Of a stretch of DNA of 64,000 bases, positions 58,701 through 64,000 are shown in pieces (the first letter of the stretch is position 1; each line of letters starts with the position of its first letter). Under the pieces are notes generated by a model. The model searched no databases. It worked only from the letters and a program-made list of their open reading frames with translations, and was not told where the DNA came from. The position numbers and the translations under genes were made by a program. This DNA is from Patescibacteria group bacterium. GTDB lineage: Bacteria; Patescibacteriota; JABMPQ01; JAHIRA01. The stretch spans positions 173,428 to 237,427 of the forward strand of contig JAHISJ010000023.1 of assembly GCA_018818205.1 (NCBI GenBank). The letters are read 5' to 3'.

Positions 58701-59729
58701 TTAGTAGAGAAAAGTATTAATGAGTTTCTTTTGAACACGTTTGCTCCGTGCTGCCCAGTAGGTAAGTGGATTGCCAACTGCACGTACAAATCGTTTATGC
58801 TTCATGTAAAACCACAAAGGTTTCTCTGCTTTGTATTTATGTGCAATGATTTTTTGTAAATTATCGAGTGCATAGTCAGGATTTAAAATCTTTCTTACTG
58901 CTTCTTCACCGGAAACCATTGCAGGAAACATGCCTTCGCCAGTAAACGCATCAGTAAGTCCTGCTGCGTCTCCAACAAGAAAAATGTTGTCAAACTGAAA
59001 CCCACGGTAATCACAGTTAATTGCAGCACTTCTGAGCATACCCTTAGAGATATCAAAACCCCTTTCTTTAATCCAACCCTCAAAAAAAGTCCTCATAGTA
59101 GAAATAGGAACAACACTCTTAAACGCTCCTGTGCCGACTTCTGTAAACGTATCATGAGGAAAAATCCAAATATAAAAAGGGCCGAACCTCTTCAGATCGT
59201 AATAAATTTCAATATCACCCTCATAGACCTCTGGCATTTGATACTGAAGTGTTGGACCAATTTTTTCTGTGGGAACCTTTAGATACTTTCTAACCAAAGA
59301 GTTACTGCCATCAGCACCAATCAGATACTTAAAGGCATACTCTCTCCCCATTGAATCAGTAACATGATCTTTATCAATAGTTACTACTTCAGTTTCTTTA
59401 AGTATTGGACAGCCACTTTCTTCAGTCTGACTTGCCATATACTCACCAAGTCGTGTACGTGGTATGGTACCTACAGAATCTTTGGGAACAGAAACAATAA
59501 TTTTTTTACCTGCAACGTTAACAATTCCTCTGTCAAAAACTCTCCCTAAAAGCTTTTTAGGAACTCGTTTACCTATTTCCTTTCCAGTAAGTCCTCCCGC
59601 ACAGACTTTATCACCGATCACTGAATCTTTTTCCAAAATAACAACTCTCTTGCCGGCTTCAGCAAGTTTTTTCCCGGCACAAAGGCCACCGGGACCCGCA
59701 CCTACAATGACTACATCATACTGCTCCAT
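58701..59729 (-). CDS. FAD-dependent oxidoreductase, geranylgeranyl-reductase-like
   Basis: N-terminal dinucleotide-binding YDVVIVGAGPGGLCAGKKLAEAGKRVVILEK, and the central and C-terminal blocks (GDAAGLTDAFTGEG) typical of the GGR/FixC family. 342 aa. Confidence 0.7.
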   Translation of the reverse strand: MEQYDVVIVGAGPGGLCAGKKLAEAGKRVVILEKDSVIGDKVCAGGLTGKEIGKRVPKKLLGRVFDRGIVNVAGKKIIVSVPKDSVGTIPRTRLGEYMASQTEESGCPILKETEVVTIDKDHVTDSMGREYAFKYLIGADGSNSLVRKYLKVPTEKIGPTLQYQMPEVYEGDIEIYYDLKRFGPFYIWIFPHDTFTEVGTGAFKSVVPISTMRTFFEGWIKERGFDISKGMLRSAAINCDYRGFQFDNIFLVGDAAGLTDAFTGEGMFPAMVSGEEAVRKILNPDYALDNLQKIIAHKYKAEKPLWFYMKHKRFVRAVGNPLTYWAARSKRVQKKLINTFLY

Positions 59730-59897
59730 AAAATATAATAAAAAGTAACATACTTAGATTGTATCAAAAAAGAGTTATTTTGAAAGTGCAATAAAGAATA
59801 CGGCTTGAATACAGCAAGAAATGCCTGTGAAAAAAATAGCATTGTAAAAAGTCCTAAGATTATATTTAATTATAATAATGTGTAAACTAATCCAACT

Positions 59898-61070
59898 ATG
59901 CTAAAACTTTCAAAAAGAGTCACAACAATCAAGGAAAGTAAAACGCTTGCAATCAATACAAAAGCGAAGGGAATAGCAGCAACAGGAGAAAAAGTCTACA
60001 ATTTTGCTGTAGGCGAGCCTGACATAAATCCTCCAGCCATTCTCATAAAAGAAATTGAGAAAGCATTTAACAAAGGGTTTACTAAATACACCCCGCCTTC
60101 TGGTCTTCCTGAGGCTAAAGAAAAGATAGCAAAGCATCTTGGAACCCAAATGGCGTTTAGTTTTACTAAGGATAACATCGCATTATCTTGTGGAGGAAAG
60201 CATTCACTATACAATGTTTTCCAAGCAATTATCGGCACAAACGACGAAGTTATTATTCCAAGACCATACTGGGTGAGCTACCCAGAGCAAATTACCCTTT
60301 CTGGAGGAAAGCCTATCTTTGTAAATTCTACTAAAGACTTGCAGCTTGATGTTAAAGCTATAGCTAATAGCATTACTCGTAGAACCAAAGCAATTGTTCT
60401 TAATTCTCCAAACAACCCCACGGGGGTTGTTTTTAAAAAAGAAGTGCTCACTCAGCTTGCCAAACTTCTTGAAAAAAAAGATATCTTTATTATCTCCGAC
60501 GACGTATACCAAACGCTTGTTTATACAAAAAAACCATATCATATAGCGCACTACAGCAAGAACATTCGTGAAAAAACAATCATTGTTGACTCGTACTCAA
60601 AATCCCTTGCTATGACCGGACTGAGACTGGGCATTGTTGCCGCATCAAAAGAAATAGTAAGCGCAATAGACAAGCTCCAAGGACAAACGTGCGGCAATCC
60701 AACCAGCATTATTCAGATGGGTGTGGCAAATACGCTTGGCCGCGTAAAAACGTATCAAAAAGAATATTTAGCACTTTTTACTAAACGAAGAAAAATAGTG
60801 CTAGCCCTGCTTGAAAAAAACTCACTTATTTCATACCCAACACCAGATGGCGGATTTTACGTATTTATCAACATAAAAAAAATATCGAATGACTCATTTG
60901 ATTTTTGTGAAAAACTTCTAAAAAAACATCACGTCGCATTAGTCCCAGGAAAGGCATTTGGTCAAGAAGGATTTGTTCGTATCTCATTTGCAAGCAACGT
61001 CACAGATCTTAAAGAAGGAATAAAACGATTTAATACATTTTGTAAGGAAGAAAGCAAAATCATTTACTAA
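59898..61070 (+). CDS. Class I/II PLP-dependent aminotransferase (aspartate-aminotransferase-like)
   Basis: NSPNNPTGVVF, the PLP-lysine block SYSKSLAMTGLRLG, and a conserved Arg near the C-terminus. 390 aa. Confidence 0.8.
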   Translation: MLKLSKRVTTIKESKTLAINTKAKGIAATGEKVYNFAVGEPDINPPAILIKEIEKAFNKGFTKYTPPSGLPEAKEKIAKHLGTQMAFSFTKDNIALSCGGKHSLYNVFQAIIGTNDEVIIPRPYWVSYPEQITLSGGKPIFVNSTKDLQLDVKAIANSITRRTKAIVLNSPNNPTGVVFKKEVLTQLAKLLEKKDIFIISDDVYQTLVYTKKPYHIAHYSKNIREKTIIVDSYSKSLAMTGLRLGIVAASKEIVSAIDKLQGQTCGNPTSIIQMGVANTLGRVKTYQKEYLALFTKRRKIVLALLEKNSLISYPTPDGGFYVFINIKKISNDSFDFCEKLLKKHHVALVPGKAFGQEGFVRISFASNVTDLKEGIKRFNTFCKEESKIIY

Positions 61071-61083
61071 TTCATAAAAACAC

Positions 61084-62595
61084 ATGCAACTTTTTAAAGA
61101 CATTGAAAAAAAATTATCTACCCACGAGCCATCATATTGGATGCCGGGTTCGTTTGATCTGAGGATTTGGAGTCAAAAGTATGTCATTCCAAATAGAGAT
61201 AACATTTCTGTATTTCACACAAAGGTCCGTTCACGCATGGCGGATAAAACAATAACTGACGTAAACGAACTCTCACCAAAAGAAAAAAAACGTGTTGAAA
61301 AAATTATTGAGCAAGCGTACAACAACATAAAAAAGCGAGAGATGCTTATTATTCAGCGCTCAATCGGAACCCACACGAAACAGGGGATAAAGTTTAGAAT
61401 ATACTTGCCAAAAGACTTTCCGCAACTTGGTTTTATGGCACACAGAAACTTCTTTGATTGTGCTTCAGACAAAGAGGTTGAGGTCACAACAATCAACATT
61501 CCCGATTTTCCAAAACAAATGGTGCTCGTTGATCCAAAAACTAATATTACTTTTGTGCTTGGCTCAGACTACTACGGCGAACTTAAAATGAGTCTACTGA
61601 GAATGGCAATGAACATTGCCAGAGAAAAGAATAACTCCCTCGGTCTTCATGCAGGAAGCAAAGTGTACTGGGTAAAAAACACGAAAAAAAAGATGATCAA
61701 AAGGGGAGTACTTATTTTTGGTCTCTCGGGAACGGGAAAAACGACCATTACTACCATAAATCACGGACTGAAGTATCCAGAGAGAATACGTATTCGCCAA
61801 GATGACATAAACATCATGGATAAAAAGACATTCTGTGCTGGAACCGAGAGAAACTTCTACATAAAAACTGACAACGTCTTAGAGCAAAGAAGCTTGCTTC
61901 CAGCTGCAACATCAAAAACAACTATTATTGAGAATGTTCCGGTAAAATACGGGGGTTATGCCTTTGATGATATAGAGTTTTGTCCCAATGGACGAGCAAT
62001 AGTGTCTAGATATGCAATTCCTCACACCGATGCAAAAGTTGACTTGGATAAAGTAGATATCATCTTCTTTAACACCAGAAGATTCGATATTCCGATTGTC
62101 GGAAGACTTATCTCACCTGAACAAGCTGCGACCTTCTTTATGCTTGGTGAGTCAACCCAAACATCAGCAGGGACAGAAGATAAAAGTCAAATAGGTAAGC
62201 CAATGCGAGTGGTTGGATTTGATCCGTTTATTATCAAGCCTCTTTACAAAAATGGACAACGGTTCTATGAGATCTTAAAAAAGAATCCTCATGTTAAAGT
62301 CTACGTAGTCAATACAGGAAAAGTTGGTGGAATAGACAAGGGAACCGATATCAAGCCTGACGATACCGCAAAATCAATCCTTGAAATTATCAGAGGTGGT
62401 GTTGAATGGAAATACGATCCAACAATTGGCTATGATATTCCTACAAAAATCCCAGGACTCGATCTTAAAAAGTTTGATCCGTATGAAAAGTACCCTAAAG
62501 ACGAATACAAAAAGATTATGAAAAACTTAAGAAAAGATCGCATGAAGTACATGGAGCAATTTCCTGAACTTACGTTTGTGAAGTTTACCAAATAG
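61084..62595 (+). CDS. pckA: Phosphoenolpyruvate carboxykinase (ATP)
   Basis: Kinase-1a P-loop IFGLSGTGKTTIT and upstream PEP/oxaloacetate-binding blocks (YGGEMKKG-like SDYYGELKMSLLR). 503 aa. Confidence 0.8.
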   Translation: MQLFKDIEKKLSTHEPSYWMPGSFDLRIWSQKYVIPNRDNISVFHTKVRSRMADKTITDVNELSPKEKKRVEKIIEQAYNNIKKREMLIIQRSIGTHTKQGIKFRIYLPKDFPQLGFMAHRNFFDCASDKEVEVTTINIPDFPKQMVLVDPKTNITFVLGSDYYGELKMSLLRMAMNIAREKNNSLGLHAGSKVYWVKNTKKKMIKRGVLIFGLSGTGKTTITTINHGLKYPERIRIRQDDINIMDKKTFCAGTERNFYIKTDNVLEQRSLLPAATSKTTIIENVPVKYGGYAFDDIEFCPNGRAIVSRYAIPHTDAKVDLDKVDIIFFNTRRFDIPIVGRLISPEQAATFFMLGESTQTSAGTEDKSQIGKPMRVVGFDPFIIKPLYKNGQRFYEILKKNPHVKVYVVNTGKVGGIDKGTDIKPDDTAKSILEIIRGGVEWKYDPTIGYDIPTKIPGLDLKKFDPYEKYPKDEYKKIMKNLRKDRMKYMEQFPELTFVKFTK

Positions 62596-62612
62596 TTGCG
62601 AGAAAAGAAAAG

Positions 62613-62643
62613 CCGTGTCATTTAGCTTGATACGGTTTTTTTT
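62613..62643 (+). terminator. Rho-independent terminator after pckA
   Basis: Stem ccgtgtca / tgatacgg (one G:U pair), loop tttagct, then a T8 run. Confidence 0.6.
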
Positions 62644-62689
62644 GTATAGCATTGTTTGTTACGTGTGAAAAATAAGATATACTACACTT

Positions 62690-63241
62690 ATGAAGAAAAG
62701 ACTTTTTATAGCTATATTCCCTCCAGAAAACGTTCTTAAAAAGATTCAATCTTTCCAAGAGGATATTCATTCTGAGAATGTCAAACTAACACAGAAACAG
62801 AATCTACATGCAACTCTGGCTTTTTTTGGAAGCGTGTCATCAAAGAAACAGCAAAGAATTGAAAATTGTATTAGTAGCTGTGCTCAGAAAATAAAAAAAC
62901 ACGTAGCTACTGTTTCACTTAACCCACTCTTCTTGCCCTCCAAAAAACACGCCACCGTCATAGCGTTGCCCATAAATAAAAATAATACACTTAGCAATAT
63001 ATACTCATGTATTACTAAAGGTCTAGGCAAAGAAGAAAAGAAAGAATTCCTTCCTCACGTGACTATTGGTCGGAGTAAAAAAATTATTACAAAAGAAGCT
63101 ATGCAAAGGATAAACAACGATCAAAAGGAAACGACTATTACTTTTGCAGTTGAAAAAATTGTTCTTGTAGAAAGTCAGTTGCAAAAAGAGGGGAGTCAGT
63201 ATACCATACTTAGAAAGTGGAAATTACATGAGAAAAGTTGA
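62690..63241 (+). CDS. 2'-5' RNA ligase / 2H phosphoesterase family protein (LigT-like)
   Basis: Two H-x-T/S-x motifs: LHATLAFFG and PHVTIGRS. 183 aa. Confidence 0.7.
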   Translation: MKKRLFIAIFPPENVLKKIQSFQEDIHSENVKLTQKQNLHATLAFFGSVSSKKQQRIENCISSCAQKIKKHVATVSLNPLFLPSKKHATVIALPINKNNTLSNIYSCITKGLGKEEKKEFLPHVTIGRSKKIITKEAMQRINNDQKETTITFAVEKIVLVESQLQKEGSQYTILRKWKLHEKS

Positions 63242-64000
63242 TATTTTAGGAGTCAGCGTTAACACTGTTTCAAAGAAGAAAGCTCTAGAAAAATTTAAGA
63301 GTTTTCTTTCTAATGAACAAAAAAATTATATTGTCACTCCTAACCCAGAGATAGTACTCAAAGCGCAGAAAAATTTTTCTTTCAAAGAAGTGCTCAATAA
63401 ATCGTCGCTTGCTATCCCTGATGGTACTGGTCTCAAATGGGCAGCATCATTTCTTGCAGACACTTACCCTAAAAGAAATAGAAAATACCTGAATATACTA
63501 TTTGTTTTCCTTGACTGGGTTCTCTCAGCTTTTAGGTTTGTGCTCTCAAAAAAATACAGGAATCGTGTGATAAAAGAACGCGTCACTGGTGCAGATATGT
63601 TTTGGGATAGTGTGAAAATTTGTGAACAAAAAAAGTGTTCATTATATCTACTTGGAGCACGAGATGGAATCGCACAAAAGGTTGCCAAAAAAATTAAGAA
63701 AAAATACCCGAATTTTAGAATTGCCGGAACATACAGTGGATCACCTCACCATTCTTCTGATGAAAAAATGAGATATCTAATAAACGACTCAAAGGCTGAT
63801 GTATTACTTGTTGCCTATGGTGCACCGCTCCAAGAGTTTTGGATACAGAGAAATGTAGAGCATTTGCATACAATAAAATGTGCTATGGCAGTTGGTGGCA
63901 CATTTGATTTCATTGCTGGTAAAACCACTCGTGCTCCAAAAAAATATCAACAAAGAAATATCGAGTGGCTCTGGCGACTTAGAAATGAACCACAAAGAGC
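63228..64000 (+). CDS. WecB/TagA/CpsF-family glycosyltransferase (3' end outside the window)
   Basis: The ATG at 63228 overlaps the ligT stop. ORF open to the window end. Family blocks ILGVSVNTVSKKKALEKF, YIVTPNPEIVLKAQKN, LAIPDGTGLKWAA, CSLYLLGARDGIAQK, ADVLLVAYGAPLQEFWI. Confidence 0.65.
   Translation, partial: MRKVDILGVSVNTVSKKKALEKFKSFLSNEQKNYIVTPNPEIVLKAQKNFSFKEVLNKSSLAIPDGTGLKWAASFLADTYPKRNRKYLNILFVFLDWVLSAFRFVLSKKYRNRVIKERVTGADMFWDSVKICEQKKCSLYLLGARDGIAQKVAKKIKKKYPNFRIAGTYSGSPHHSSDEKMRYLINDSKADVLLVAYGAPLQEFWIQRNVEHLHTIKCAMAVGGTFDFIAGKTTRAPKKYQQRNIEWLWRLRNEPQR

Overview
This 64-kb window is low-GC (~35-40%) bacterial DNA. It is gene-dense, mostly on the + strand, and uses the standard code with UGA as stop (RF2 is present and UGA terminates ORFs). 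Overlapping or abutting gene boundaries are common. Recognisable core genes: pyrF (3' fragment), dcd, prfB with its conserved +1 programmed frameshift, ftsE-ftsX, tRNA-Gln, a D-Ala-D-Ala carboxypeptidase, a membrane-anchored Clp-type AAA+ ATPase, tRNA-Ser, glnA, proB, a fused proC-proA, dps, mscS, an adenosine-kinase-like PfkB gene plus ahcY, def-fmt, priA, pckA and ligT. The main accessory region is a ~8-kb defence island (19.4-27.3 kb) directly downstream of tRNA-Ser(CGA): a type I R-M operon (hsdM-hsdS-hsdR) with two extra genes between hsdM and hsdS. These are a ~293-aa polymerase-beta-fold nucleotidyltransferase (GS...DxD...D) and a 151-aa protein with 2-3 predicted TM helices. I read the pair as a candidate CBASS-like / SMODS-SLATT signalling-effector module nested inside the R-M operon. 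Downstream of hsdR sits a very AT-rich 509-aa orphan ORF with a possible PD-(D/E)xK motif. Other notable items: a decayed ~110-bp tandem repeat with tRNA-Ser-like fragments upstream of the tRNA; a proC-proA fusion whose linker is a translated 18-bp perfect palindrome; a GC-rich tail closing an orphan ORF; compositionally distinct orphan genes at 16.2-18.2 kb and 47.1-48.1 kb; an anSME-sulfatase pair; and archaeal-type enzymes (DPM1-like GT2, geranylgeranyl-reductase-like). No CRISPR array, integrase or transposase was seen.
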